The notes beneath the pieces are model-generated. The model did not search any database. It saw only the letters and a list, made by a program, of their open reading frames with translations, and was not told where the DNA came from. Source: Jeongeupia wiesaeckerbachi (GTDB taxonomy: Bacteria > Pseudomonadota > Gammaproteobacteria > Burkholderiales > Chitinibacteraceae). From it: a stretch of DNA of 64,000 bases. The stretch lies in the NCBI RefSeq assembly GCF_050916355.1, contig NZ_CP136946.1, forward strand, positions 598,162 through 662,161, given 5' to 3'. Below are positions 20,167 through 31,432 of this stretch, in pieces; position 1 is the first letter of the stretch, and every line of letters begins with the position of its first letter. The translations under genes and the position numbers were made by a program.

Positions 20167-21993
20167 ATGTGCGGTATTGTCGGCGCCATTTCGTCACGTA
20201 ACATCGTCCCCGCCCTGATCGCCGGTCTGGCGAGACTCGAATACCGCGGCTACGATTCGGCCGGCATCGCCGTCCTCGACGAAGAGATCCACCGTGTACG
20301 CCGCGTCGGCCGGGTCGCCGAGCTGGAAGCGGCAACGCGCGAAGTCTCGCTGACCGGCAGGCTCGGCATCGGCCACACCCGCTGGGCCACGCACGGCGGC
20401 GTCACCGAACCGAACGCCCACCCGCACGTTTCGGGCGGCCTGATCGCCGTGGTCCACAACGGCATCATCGAAAATCACGAGCAGAAACGCGACGAACTCA
20501 AGGCGCGCGGCTACGTGTTCGAATCGCAGACCGACACCGAAGTCATCGCCCATCTCGTCCACGCCTACTACCTCGAATCGCACGACCTGCTCGGCGCGGT
20601 GCGGCAGGCCGCGAAAGAACTGACCGGCGCCTACGCGATCGCCGTGATCGCCCGCGACGCGCCCGACGAAATGGTCGTCGCCCGCATGGGCTGCCCGTTG
20701 TTGATCGGTCTCGGCGACGGCGAGAACCTGATCGCCTCGGACGTCTCGGCCGTGCTGTCGGCGACGCGCCGGGTGATCTTCCTCGAAGAAGGCGACATCG
20801 CGCGCATCCGCCGCGACGGCATCGAACTGTTCGACCGCCACGGCGCCGCAATCGAGCGCGAGGTGCACCTGTCCGATGTCTCGCTCGCCTCGCTCGAACT
20901 GGGGCCGTACAGCCACTACATGCAGAAGGAAATCCACGAGCAGCCGAAGGCGATCGCCGACACGATCGAGCCGCTGCTCGAGGCCGGCTTCGTGCCGTCG
21001 CTGTTCGGCCCAAAAGCGGCCGAGCTGCTGCCGCAAGTACAAGGCGTGCAGATCATCGCCTGCGGCACGAGCTTCTACGCCGCCTCGGTTGCGCGCTACT
21101 GGATCGAGGCGATCGCCGGCCTGCCGTGCAATGTCGAGGTCGCCAGCGAATACCGCTATCGCGCCGTCGTCGCCAACCCGGCGTATCTGGTCGTCACCAT
21201 CAGCCAGTCCGGCGAAACACTGGACACGATGGAGGCGTTGAAATACGCCAGATCGCTCGGCCACGACAAGACGCTGTCGATCTGCAATGTGCGCGAAAGC
21301 GCCATCCCGCGCGCGTCGGACATGGTGTTCTACACCCGCGCCGGCGCCGAGATCGGCGTCGCGTCGACCAAGGCCTTCACCACCCAGCTGATCGCGCTGT
21401 TCGCGCTGGCCGGCACGCTGGCCAAGCTGAACGGCCGGCTCGACGCCGCCGCCGAACAGGGCTATCTCGACGCGCTGCGCCATCTGCCGGGCTCGATCCA
21501 GCACGCGCTCAACCTTGAACCGCAGATCACCGCCTGGGCGCATCAGTTCGCAGCCAAGGACCACGCACTGTTCCTCGGCCGCGGTCTGCACTACCCGATC
21601 GCGCTCGAGGGCGCGCTCAAGCTCAAGGAAATCAGCTACATCCACGCCGAGGCCTACCCGGCCGGCGAACTCAAGCACGGCCCGCTGGCGCTGGTCGACG
21701 CGAACATGCCGGTGGTGGTGATCGCGCCGAACGACAGCCTGCTCGAGAAAGTGAAGTCGAATATGCAGGAAGTCCGCGCCCGCGGCGGCGAACTGTTCGT
21801 ATTCGCCGACCTCGACAGCCACTTCAGCGAATCGGACGGCGTCCACGTCATCCGTACGCCACGGCACATCGGCGTGCTCAGCCCCATCCTCCACGCGGTG
21901 CCGGTGCAACTGCTTGCCTACCACGCGGCGCTGCAACGTGGCACCGACGTCGACAAGCCGCGCAACCTGGCCAAGTCGGTGACGGTCGAGTAA
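20167..21993 (+). CDS. glmS: Glutamine--fructose-6-phosphate aminotransferase (isomerizing)
   Basis: An N-terminal MCGIVGA (catalytic Cys2) glutaminase domain and two SIS domains. It ends ...KSVTVE, as in GlmS. Confidence 0.97.
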   Translation: MCGIVGAISSRNIVPALIAGLARLEYRGYDSAGIAVLDEEIHRVRRVGRVAELEAATREVSLTGRLGIGHTRWATHGGVTEPNAHPHVSGGLIAVVHNGIIENHEQKRDELKARGYVFESQTDTEVIAHLVHAYYLESHDLLGAVRQAAKELTGAYAIAVIARDAPDEMVVARMGCPLLIGLGDGENLIASDVSAVLSATRRVIFLEEGDIARIRRDGIELFDRHGAAIEREVHLSDVSLASLELGPYSHYMQKEIHEQPKAIADTIEPLLEAGFVPSLFGPKAAELLPQVQGVQIIACGTSFYAASVARYWIEAIAGLPCNVEVASEYRYRAVVANPAYLVVTISQSGETLDTMEALKYARSLGHDKTLSICNVRESAIPRASDMVFYTRAGAEIGVASTKAFTTQLIALFALAGTLAKLNGRLDAAAEQGYLDALRHLPGSIQHALNLEPQITAWAHQFAAKDHALFLGRGLHYPIALEGALKLKEISYIHAEAYPAGELKHGPLALVDANMPVVVIAPNDSLLEKVKSNMQEVRARGGELFVFADLDSHFSESDGVHVIRTPRHIGVLSPILHAVPVQLLAYHAALQRGTDVDKPRNLAKSVTVE

Positions 21994-22146
21994 ACCATGT
22001 GAACCCGCGCGCCTGCCGCCCCGAACAACCGAGTCCGTGCATGCACAGCGGCAATGAAAAAGGATCGATGCGCTGCTGCCATTGATCCTTTTCATCAGGC
22101 TGAAGTCGGCGACAAATGCGGTCGACCTGGGTCGGCGGACGGCGCG

Positions 22147-23460
22147 CTACCGAGCCGGATCAACGATCGGCAGTGTCAACATGGCTTGCAAGCCGCCGCC
22201 GGGATGGGCATCCAGGCGCAGTTCGCCACCAAAACGTCGCGCAATCGCCGCCACAATGGCCAGCCCCAGGCCGCTACCGTCGTGATTTGCAGTGTTGCCA
22301 CGCCAGAAGCGTTGCGTTGCCTGCAGCAGCTCGTCGGCGGATAGGCCCGGCCCGTGGTCGATCACGCAGAAATGCACCGCGCCATGATCCAGGCGCGCGT
22401 CCACCTTCACCGTTGAATCGGCGGGCGAGTAGCGCAAGGCGTTGTCCAGCAGGTTGCGTAAGGCGGTGACGGCCAGCGCTTGCGGCAGCGCGACGTCGAT
22501 GGTCGCAAGCTCGCCCATGGCGAAGCGTTGCGGCTGCCCGGGCGCGGCGTCACGCACCGCCAGCCGCACCACCTGATCGGCGCGAGCCTGCTGCCCGTCG
22601 TCCCAGTCGAACGGCCCTTCGACTCTGGCCAGCGTCAGCAACTGGGTCAGGGTATGTTGCAGCCGGTCTGCGCCTTCCTCGGCATGATCCAGCGCGGTGG
22701 CGGCGTCCTGCCCTTGGGTGATGCGGGCGACCTGCAAGTGGGTCTTGATCGCGGTCAGCGGCGTGCGCAGTTCATGCGCCGCATCGCTGGTGAGCCGCCG
22801 CTCTCGCGCCAGCATTTGCACCATCCGTGACAGCAGCAGGTTGAGACTGTTCGTCAACGGCAGCAGCTCGCCCGGCAAGAGCCGGGCATCCACCGGCTCC
22901 AGCGCGTCCGGCGCGCGGCGCGCCAGCGCCTGGCGCAAGCGCTCCAGCGGCAACAGCCCCCTCCGCACCCCGAACCACACTGCCACCAGACTGCCGGCCA
23001 GCGCCACGATGAAGGGAATGCCGGCGGCCCAGCGCACCTTGGCCAGCAGCACCGAGCGTTCGGTCAGCCGGTCGGCGGTGGTCACTCGCAGGCCGGCGGA
23101 TTCCACCGTGTAGCTGCGCCAATGCACGCCATCGATGAGCTGGTCGGCGTAGCCGATTGGCGGTCTGGACTGCGCCACGACGGGCGCGCCGGGGGTTTGC
23201 GCCAGGATCTCGCCGCGCACGGACACAATCTGGCAGGCGATGCCGGCATTGATGGCTGGCAGCGTGGACATGGCCCCGGGGCTCGGCGGCGGCAGCTGCG
23301 CCATCAGCCCGGCGACCATTTGCGCCGACATGGCCAGACGCTGATCCAGCGTGTGCCGCAGCTGCCGATCCAGATCGCGCAGCGTCCACGCCGCGACGCC
23401 GCCCCACAGCACGCTGAGCGACACGCCGATCAGCAGCAGCAGCCGCAGTCGCAGGCTCAT
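22147..23460 (-). CDS. Two-component sensor histidine kinase (QseC/PmrB-like)
   Basis: Starts at MSLRLRLLLLIG.... Two TM helices flank a periplasmic domain, followed by HAMP, an H-box (AAHELRTPLTAI) and an HATPase_c domain (N, G1, G2 boxes). It overlaps the response-regulator gene (ATGA). Confidence 0.85.
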   Translation of the reverse strand: MSLRLRLLLLIGVSLSVLWGGVAAWTLRDLDRQLRHTLDQRLAMSAQMVAGLMAQLPPPSPGAMSTLPAINAGIACQIVSVRGEILAQTPGAPVVAQSRPPIGYADQLIDGVHWRSYTVESAGLRVTTADRLTERSVLLAKVRWAAGIPFIVALAGSLVAVWFGVRRGLLPLERLRQALARRAPDALEPVDARLLPGELLPLTNSLNLLLSRMVQMLARERRLTSDAAHELRTPLTAIKTHLQVARITQGQDAATALDHAEEGADRLQHTLTQLLTLARVEGPFDWDDGQQARADQVVRLAVRDAAPGQPQRFAMGELATIDVALPQALAVTALRNLLDNALRYSPADSTVKVDARLDHGAVHFCVIDHGPGLSADELLQATQRFWRGNTANHDGSGLGLAIVAAIARRFGGELRLDAHPGGGLQAMLTLPIVDPAR

Positions 23461-24122
23461 GTGCCGGCCCTGCCATAGCGATAGCCGAGCCCGCGCACCG
23501 TTTCCACCACATCCGGGCCCAGCTTGCGGCGCAGATGATGGATATGGACATTGAGGGCGTTGCTGCCGATTTCCTCGCTGTAGTCGTAGAGCCGGTCTTT
23601 CAGCTGATCGGCGCTGAGGATGCGGTCGCGCGCCTGGATCAGCGCCACCAGCAAGGCCAGTTCGCGCCGGGCCAGCGGCACCGGCTGCTGGTGCAGCCAT
23701 ACTTCGCCGCGCGCAGGATCCAGGCGCAACGGGCCATCTTCGATCAGATCGACGCTGCGTCCGGCGACGCGGCGCTGCAGTACATGCAAGCGCGCCACCA
23801 GTTCGTCCAGATCGAAGGGCTTGAGCACATAATCGTCGGCGCCGGCACGCAAGCCGGCCACCCTGTCTTCGATCGCATCGCGTGCGGTCAGCACCAGGAT
23901 GGGTAGCGCGACGCCACCGGCACGCAACCTCGCCAGCAGGCGCATGCCGTCTTCGTCGGGCAGGCCCAGATCGAGCACCATCAGGTCGGCGTCCAGCGTC
24001 GCCAAGGCGGCCTCCGCCTGCGCGGCCGTGCCCACGCCGTCGACGGTGAAGCCGTGGGCGCGCAAGCCCGCCATGATGCCGAGCGCGATCAACTCGTTGT
24101 CTTCGACCAGCAGCACTCGCAT
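23457..24122 (-). CDS. OmpR-family response regulator
   Basis: REC domain (MRVLLVEDN...DLMVLDLGLPDEDG) plus a winged-helix trans_reg_C domain (...RGLGYRY). Confidence 0.9.
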   Translation of the reverse strand: MRVLLVEDNELIALGIMAGLRAHGFTVDGVGTAAQAEAALATLDADLMVLDLGLPDEDGMRLLARLRAGGVALPILVLTARDAIEDRVAGLRAGADDYVLKPFDLDELVARLHVLQRRVAGRSVDLIEDGPLRLDPARGEVWLHQQPVPLARRELALLVALIQARDRILSADQLKDRLYDYSEEIGSNALNVHIHHLRRKLGPDVVETVRGLGYRYGRAGT

Positions 24123-24170
24123 GTTTTCTTCCTCTCGTTGCCAGTGTGCTTGCGGCGGATTATCCCACAG

Positions 24171-24185
24171 TTAACGCGGCGTTAA
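24171..24185. promoter_or_regulatory. Perfect 7-1-7 palindrome TTAACGC-G-GCGTTAA in the TCS/dsbD divergent intergenic region
   Basis: Seen directly in the sequence. Candidate regulator binding site upstream of dsbD. Confidence 0.3.
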
Positions 24186-24227
24186 TCCTGGCTGGCGACC
24201 CTCTCCGAGCATTCAAATTACAAGGCC

Positions 24228-25979
24228 ATGCCCATGTTGCGTTTCATCTGGAGCCTGCTCCTGTTGGCCATGCTGTGGGGCCAAGCCGCTCGCGCGCAGG
24301 CCGACTTTCTCCCGCCGGAGCAGGCTTTCCGGCTCAACGTTGTCGAGCTTGGCGACGGTCAGGTCAGGCTGAGCTGGGACATCAGCGACGGTTATTACCT
24401 GTATCGCAAGCACATCAAGATCGAGGGATTACCGGCGGGCAGCGTGCCGGCACCGGTCATGCCGGCTGGCAAGACCATCCACGATGAGTACTTCGGCGAA
24501 TCCGAGGTCTACGTCGACCATCTGACGCTGCAGGTACAGGCGGGGCAGGCGCGGCAATTGCGCATCGGCTGGCAGGGTTGCGCCGAGGCCGGCCTCTGTT
24601 ATCCGCCGCAAACCCGTACCGTGACGCTGCAGGGCGCTGCCGCCACCTCGTCCGGCGCGACGGCGGCGAGTGCGCCAGCAACGCCGGCGCAGGGCGAAGA
24701 TCAGGCCATTTCTGCGCAGCTCGCGCAGGCGGGCACCGTCTGGGTGTTGCTGGTGTTCTTCGGCCTGGGCTTGCTGATGACCTTCACCCCCTGCGTGCTG
24801 CCGATGGTGCCGATTCTCAGCAGCCTGATCGTCGGCAGCGGCGCCACCGCCCGGCGCGGCTTTGTGCTGGCGCTGGCCTTTGTGCTGCCGATGGCGCTGA
24901 GCTACGCGGCAATGGGCGCCGCCGCCGCGATGATGGGCGCGAATCTGCAGGCCATGCTGCAAACACCGTGGGTACTCGGCCTGTTCGCCGCGCTCTTCGT
25001 CCTGCTCGCACTGGCCATGTTTGGCGCGTACGAGCTGCAACTGCCCGCCTTCGTACGCGATCGACTCAATCACGCCCGCCAAGGTCGGCAAGGCGGCACG
25101 CTGGGCGGTGCCGCGGTGATGGGCGTGCTCTCTGCGGTATTGGTAGGCCCCTGCATGACCGCGCCGCTGGCTGGTGCCTTGCTGTACATCGGCGACAGCG
25201 GCGACGTGCTCAAGGGCAGCCTGGCGCTATTGGCCATGGGGCTGGGCATGGGCGTACCACTGCTGCTGGTCGGCACCCTGGGCGCCAGACTGCTGCCGCG
25301 CCCCGGCCCATGGATGACGCGGGTCAAGGCGGTGTTCGGCTTTGTGCTGCTGGCGATGGCGATCTGGTTTGTCGCGCGCATGTTGCCGCCGGTCGCCACG
25401 CTGGCGCTGTGGGGCGTATGGCTGTTTGCCGTCGCCACCGGCGTGCTGGCCATGGGGGAAAGCTGGACAACCGGGAAATGGCCGCTGCGCGGCACCGCAA
25501 TGCTGCTGGCGCTGTGGGCCGTGGCGATGCTGATCGGCGCCGCGGCCGGACAAAGCAACCCATTGCAACCGCTTGCGTTTGTCTCAAGCAGCGCGGCGCC
25601 GGGCCCGTCGATGATGGATGGCTTCACGACCGTCCGCAGCGCCGCCGCCCTGCAACAGGAAATCGACACCGCAGCCGGCCGGGGGCAGTGGACGCTGGTG
25701 GATTACTACGCAGACTGGTGCGTCGCCTGCAAGGACATCGAGCACGCGGTCTTTGGCGACGCCCGGGTGCAGCAGGCGCTGAACGGCATGCGTCTGCTCC
25801 GTCCCGACGTTTCCGCCACCGGCGATGACAGCCAGCAATTGCTCGCCGCTTACCAAGTGCTCGGCCCCCCCACGCTGTTGCTGATCGGCCCGGACGGCAA
25901 GGAGCGCCGCGACTTGCGCGTGGTCGGTGAATTGAGCGCCGACGAATTTCTTGCCCGCCTCAAACAAGCACGGGAGTAA
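24228..25979 (+). CDS. dsbD: Thiol:disulfide interchange protein DsbD (ScsB-like)
   Basis: 583 aa with a signal peptide, an N-terminal periplasmic domain, a central TM domain with conserved Cys residues, and a C-terminal thioredoxin domain (WCVACK). Confidence 0.9.
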   Translation: MPMLRFIWSLLLLAMLWGQAARAQADFLPPEQAFRLNVVELGDGQVRLSWDISDGYYLYRKHIKIEGLPAGSVPAPVMPAGKTIHDEYFGESEVYVDHLTLQVQAGQARQLRIGWQGCAEAGLCYPPQTRTVTLQGAAATSSGATAASAPATPAQGEDQAISAQLAQAGTVWVLLVFFGLGLLMTFTPCVLPMVPILSSLIVGSGATARRGFVLALAFVLPMALSYAAMGAAAAMMGANLQAMLQTPWVLGLFAALFVLLALAMFGAYELQLPAFVRDRLNHARQGRQGGTLGGAAVMGVLSAVLVGPCMTAPLAGALLYIGDSGDVLKGSLALLAMGLGMGVPLLLVGTLGARLLPRPGPWMTRVKAVFGFVLLAMAIWFVARMLPPVATLALWGVWLFAVATGVLAMGESWTTGKWPLRGTAMLLALWAVAMLIGAAAGQSNPLQPLAFVSSSAAPGPSMMDGFTTVRSAAALQQEIDTAAGRGQWTLVDYYADWCVACKDIEHAVFGDARVQQALNGMRLLRPDVSATGDDSQQLLAAYQVLGPPTLLLIGPDGKERRDLRVVGELSADEFLARLKQARE

Positions 25980-25981
25980 GG

Positions 25982-26809
25982 ATGCTGAGTTTCAATCTGG
26001 GCCCCGTGGCAGTTCCCACCGATATCGCGCTACTGGGCGCCGCCTTGCTGGTCGCCCACGCGGCGGGCTTCCTCGCCGGCCGCCGCCAGCGCGTCAGCAT
26101 TGCCAACCATTTGCACGACATGCTGCTGTGGGGCTTGGTGGCCGCGCGGCTGGGGTTTGTCGTGATCTGGTTTGAACAGTACCGGTCACAGCCCTGGAGC
26201 ATGCTGGATCTGCGCGATGGCGGCTTTAGCCTGTGGTCCGGTCTCGGCGGGGCGCTGCTGCTGGCGGCATGGCGCGGCTGGCAACACCCGGCGCTGCGCC
26301 GGCCGCTGGCCTTTGCGCTGCTGGCAGGCGCACTGAGCCTCGGCGCCGGCCAGGCATGGCAGGCCGGCCATGAAGCGCCGGCGCTGTCGACGCAAGCCTT
26401 GAGCACCCTGCCCGGCACCCCCACCACGCTGGCGGCGCTGGCCGAAGGCCGGCCGATGGTCGTCAACCTGTGGGCCAGCTGGTGCCCGCCTTGCCGTCGC
26501 GAGATGCCGCTGCTGCACGCCGCACAGCAGCGAGGCGACGTGCGCTTCGTGTTTGTGAACCAGGGCGAGGCCGCCGCCGCCGTGCAGCAGTATCTGCAAG
26601 CCGAAGGGCTGCAACTGGACAATGTGCTGCTCGACCCGGCCAGCGCGCTCGGACGTGAGTACAAGTCGGTTGCGCTGCCCACCACGCTCTTTTTCGACGC
26701 CCGGGGCCGGCTTGCCGCCACGCATCTGGGCGAGCTGTCCGCCGCCTCGCTCGCCAGCAAGTTGCAAATGCTGCGGACTACGCCACTTTCCAAAGGAAAC
26801 CCACCATGA
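25982..26809 (+). CDS. Membrane-anchored TlpA/ResA-like thiol:disulfide oxidoreductase (ScsD-like)
   Basis: N-terminal TM helices plus a thioredoxin fold with a WCPPC active site. It starts 3 bp after dsbD and overlaps dsbG (ATGA). Confidence 0.75.
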   Translation: MLSFNLGPVAVPTDIALLGAALLVAHAAGFLAGRRQRVSIANHLHDMLLWGLVAARLGFVVIWFEQYRSQPWSMLDLRDGGFSLWSGLGGALLLAAWRGWQHPALRRPLAFALLAGALSLGAGQAWQAGHEAPALSTQALSTLPGTPTTLAALAEGRPMVVNLWASWCPPCRREMPLLHAAQQRGDVRFVFVNQGEAAAAVQQYLQAEGLQLDNVLLDPASALGREYKSVALPTTLFFDARGRLAATHLGELSAASLASKLQMLRTTPLSKGNPP

Positions 26810-27579
26810 ACCTGACGCAAACGTCGAAAAGAATCTTGTTGTCTTCGCTGCTCGCCCTGCCCCTGAGCCTGCACGCATTCGCCGAACCGGCCAAATCATG
26901 GCCAGCGCCGATCAAGGCACTGGAGAAGCAGGGTTACGAGATTCTTGGCAGCTTCAAGGCACCGGATGGCATGACCGGCTATACCGCGATGCTGCTGACC
27001 CGGCCGCAAACCATCTATCTGACACCGGGTGGCGACAAGGCGATCGTCGGCACCATGATCGACGCCAACGGCGACAACTGGAACCAGCAGCTGCTGGACA
27101 AGCAATTCAGCACCGCGCTGTGGCAGCAACTGGAGCACAGCGCCTGGGTAGCGGATGGCGACAGCAAGGCCCCCCGGGTGATCTATGCCTTTACCGATCC
27201 GAACTGCCCGTACTGCAGCAAGTTCTGGAATGATGCCCGCCCCTGGGTCAAGGCCGGCAAGGTACAGATTCGCCATATCCTGGTCGGCATCATCAAGGCC
27301 GACAGCACGGGCAAGGCCGCCGCCATCCTGGCGGACGCCAACCCGTCGGCAGCGCTGAACCGCCATGAACTTCAGCACGCCAGCGGCGGCGTCAAACCGC
27401 TCTCGAAGATTCCGCAACCGATCCAGGACAAGCTGAGCATCAACCAAAAGTTGATGGAGCGCTTTGGCGCGTTTGCTACCCCGACCATCCTGTATCGCGA
27501 TGCCAGCGGGACCATGCAAAGAATGCAAGGCGCCCCCTCGTCGGCCGCCAAGCTCAAAGAGGTCATGGAGGGCAAGTGA
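26806..27579 (+). CDS. dsbG: Thiol:disulfide interchange protein DsbG/DsbC family (ScsC-like)
   Basis: Signal peptide, an N-terminal dimerization domain and a thioredoxin domain with a CPYC active site (FTDPNCPYCSKFW). Confidence 0.8.
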   Translation: MNLTQTSKRILLSSLLALPLSLHAFAEPAKSWPAPIKALEKQGYEILGSFKAPDGMTGYTAMLLTRPQTIYLTPGGDKAIVGTMIDANGDNWNQQLLDKQFSTALWQQLEHSAWVADGDSKAPRVIYAFTDPNCPYCSKFWNDARPWVKAGKVQIRHILVGIIKADSTGKAAAILADANPSAALNRHELQHASGGVKPLSKIPQPIQDKLSINQKLMERFGAFATPTILYRDASGTMQRMQGAPSSAAKLKEVMEGK

Positions 27580-27835
27580 ACAGGAATGCCTTTCGGCATC
27601 GCCAGTCATCCAAACGCCAAGCCTGACAGTCGTGCACACAGGGCCAAACTAGCGGGGGGGTCGGGCCCCAAGGGCCACTGAACACCTGCCGCAAGGACGT
27701 CACGACTGTCGTGGCCGTCAATCGCCGGCCTTTGATGAGTTCAGGCTTGACCTTCCCCAGCGGTGCGCACGCGTTTCGCGGTAGATCTAAGTGGACTGAC
27801 CCGGCTCCTGTGGCGTTCGGCTTCGCAGCTCTGGG

Positions 27836-28882
27836 CTAGGAAGTGGAGCGCACGCGTACTTGCGCCATCGTCGCAGTCAGTTGCTCAGTCTCGATGTCCA
27901 CCGGCAAGAACTTTTCGATCACCGCAACATTGGTGTGCAGGTGAGATGAAGCATGGCTTGTCGTGAAAGCGCCTCCGCCGGCGAGGACCAGCGGCAAGAG
28001 CAACTGATCTGCAAGGTGTTCGCCGACTGCCGCGTCGCTTTTCAAATAGCTTCTGGCTTGACGTACGACGTCGTCGGCAACCGATTCGGCTGAAACACCC
28101 TTTTCACCAAAACCAGTAAACACCTCGGTAATCTCGCCTCGCACAACCTCAATGAGCAGCACGTTGCCCGGCCCTTCCGAGCTCGGCAATACGCGAAGCT
28201 GCCCATCCACATCAGCCATCTGGGTGTTGATCCGCTCCAGCTCGCGCTTGGCGACGCTGGCCGGCACGCCTGCGACCAAGGCTTCGGCACGCAGGCGCGC
28301 CTCGCCCCCGCGTGTGGTCAGGTCGATCGGCTGCAACACCGCACACGGCTCGACCTTAGCCAAAACCTGACCGCCTCCAGCCGGGTAAAAGCCGTGGCGC
28401 AGCAGTTCAATCGATTGCTTGACCCCCATGCGGTGCAGCAGCGGCTGCCACGCCCGGATCAGAAAATCGGCCGGCGGCGCCGCGTGGTTATGCGTGCCAC
28501 CGGTCACCAGGACCGAACTCGGCACATCGGCAGACCACAACGCCGGCAGCACCGTCTGCAGCACCAGTGTGCAGCTGCCGGCGCTACCAATGGCGAACTG
28601 GTAGTCGCCACCGCGAATCGGCCCCGGCGCGAAGCTCAGGGTTTGCGAACCGAGCCCGGCGCCCTGAACCTTGGCGCCCGAGATCGCCGTGGCAGCCTGC
28701 ACGGCGGTCAGGTGCTGACGCAGCAGCCCGGGCTTGCTGCGTTTGGCGCGGATACTTTCGATCCGGAACGGCAAGCCGGTGATCATCGACAGCGTCAGCG
28801 CGGTGCGCAGCACCTGGCCGCCCCCCTCGCCTTCCGCACCATCCAATTCGATCCACGCTTGTTTGAAATCCTGACTTTTCAT
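27836..28882 (-). CDS. rtcA: RNA 3'-terminal phosphate cyclase
   Basis: Starts at MKSQDFKQAWIELDGAEGEGGGQVLRTALTLS.... Conserved RtcA motifs include the His-containing region (...TSHASSHLHTN). Confidence 0.9.
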   Translation of the reverse strand: MKSQDFKQAWIELDGAEGEGGGQVLRTALTLSMITGLPFRIESIRAKRSKPGLLRQHLTAVQAATAISGAKVQGAGLGSQTLSFAPGPIRGGDYQFAIGSAGSCTLVLQTVLPALWSADVPSSVLVTGGTHNHAAPPADFLIRAWQPLLHRMGVKQSIELLRHGFYPAGGGQVLAKVEPCAVLQPIDLTTRGGEARLRAEALVAGVPASVAKRELERINTQMADVDGQLRVLPSSEGPGNVLLIEVVRGEITEVFTGFGEKGVSAESVADDVVRQARSYLKSDAAVGEHLADQLLLPLVLAGGGAFTTSHASSHLHTNVAVIEKFLPVDIETEQLTATMAQVRVRSTS

Positions 28883-28924
28883 TTTTTGCTCTTTACAAGA
28901 CAAGCGGCCGACATGGCCGGAGGT

Positions 28925-29746
28925 CTAAGTGGAATGCTTAGGCAAGAACGCCCCAACCTGGCCAATGGCATCGAGCAGAAGACGATCGAGTGCAGTGGCG
29001 TCCCCTGTCGGTTTCTTGAAATCGCTCGGAGGCTTTTCAGCCGCCAGCGTCCGCTCGATAAATGCATGGATCAGTGGGAAGCGCGCACCGTGCTCCGCCT
29101 CACCGGCGGCCATCTTGACGGCCAGCAGCGCATTGATCTCCTCGCGCAGTGCCGGCTCAAGCACCATCGCATCGGCAAGATCGGCGAAACGCATCGGCGG
29201 CATGCCGTTGCCGGCATCGATCCATTGCGCGGCCAGTAGCGGACGCAGCACATACAAATACTTTTTCAGCCGCACCGTCTCGCCTTGCAGGTATCCACGG
29301 AAATTCTTCTTCGCCATCGCCAGGTAGTGCCACCGCCCCTTTCGTTCGGATAAGAAGGCCGACTTCAAGGTGCGCAGTTGCTCGCCAACGCCAGCATCCT
29401 CGCGATAGATCACCGGCGAATCGAGCCATTCGAACAGCGTCGGGTTGGAACGCCGCATCAACTGCAGTGCCTTGCGCAACTCCCAGCCGCATACGTCGAG
29501 TTCGTCGCTGATCGGCACTTCGATCACATCACGCTGCGGTTCGACCCGCAGATACCAGTCGAGCTTGTGCACATAGAGAAAGCGCACGTCATAGTCGCTG
29601 TCGGGCGAGGCAAAGCCCCAGCCCCGACTGCCGGACTCACAGGCAAACAGCACGCGCACATCGTGACGCGCTTCGATGGCCGTCAACTCATCCATCACAC
29701 GTTCCCGCATCAGCGGCTCGATCGGGTGGGCACTCAGAATCTTCAT
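28925..29746 (-). CDS. Pol-beta superfamily nucleotidyltransferase associated with RNA ligase (RlaP-like)
   Basis: 274 aa from MKILSAHPIEP (GGAG RBS). Nucleotidyltransferase motif FACESGSRGWGFASPDSDYDVRFLY (GS...D.D). Located between rtcB and rtcA. Confidence 0.65.
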   Translation of the reverse strand: MKILSAHPIEPLMRERVMDELTAIEARHDVRVLFACESGSRGWGFASPDSDYDVRFLYVHKLDWYLRVEPQRDVIEVPISDELDVCGWELRKALQLMRRSNPTLFEWLDSPVIYREDAGVGEQLRTLKSAFLSERKGRWHYLAMAKKNFRGYLQGETVRLKKYLYVLRPLLAAQWIDAGNGMPPMRFADLADAMVLEPALREEINALLAVKMAAGEAEHGARFPLIHAFIERTLAAEKPPSDFKKPTGDATALDRLLLDAIGQVGAFLPKHST

Positions 29747-29814
29747 TTCCGTTCTCCGCCGGTATCCAGACCGGTCTTGTCTCACTCCGGGCGGGGCCCT
29801 TGCCCCTCCCCGGA

Positions 29815-31025
<1,211 letters not shown>

Positions 31026-31029
<4 letters not shown>

Positions 31030-31391
31030 TGCTTGATGTCCTTGATGGTTCCCGCCAGTGCCCGGCGCCGCTGCTGGCGGCAGCCGAGGCAACGCACGGC
31101 GGTTGAATACACATAGCCCTTGGCGGTTTCGTACCACCATTGCTGTTGTTCTGCTGTCCAGATCTGCTTCGCACCGCAATCGCGGCAGGCGAAGGCCAGA
31201 TCCTCGTAGTAGCCGCGTTCGACGAATGCCGGTGCGCCGTAGCTGTTGTTCGGCGCCAGCCGCGCCACATTGACCTGCCGTGCGCCCTTGGGCCGGACTA
31301 CTGCGGCCGGTACAAGCTGTGTCACGGCTTCCCGTCGTGCCTTGCGCCGCGCCATGAGGGCGGCCCGTTTCTGTTTACCGCTTTGCATCAT
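31026..31391 (-). CDS. Cys-rich zinc-ribbon protein (121 aa), translationally coupled to rtcB
   Basis: Start MMQSGKQKR with an AGGAG RBS. Basic N-terminus and two CxxC pairs (CRDCGAKQ...CLGCRQQ). Its stop overlaps the rtcB start. Confidence 0.5.
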
Positions 31392-31432
31392 GCCTCTCCT
31401 GGCACCCGGCGGGATCATCCCGCCGGGCGATG

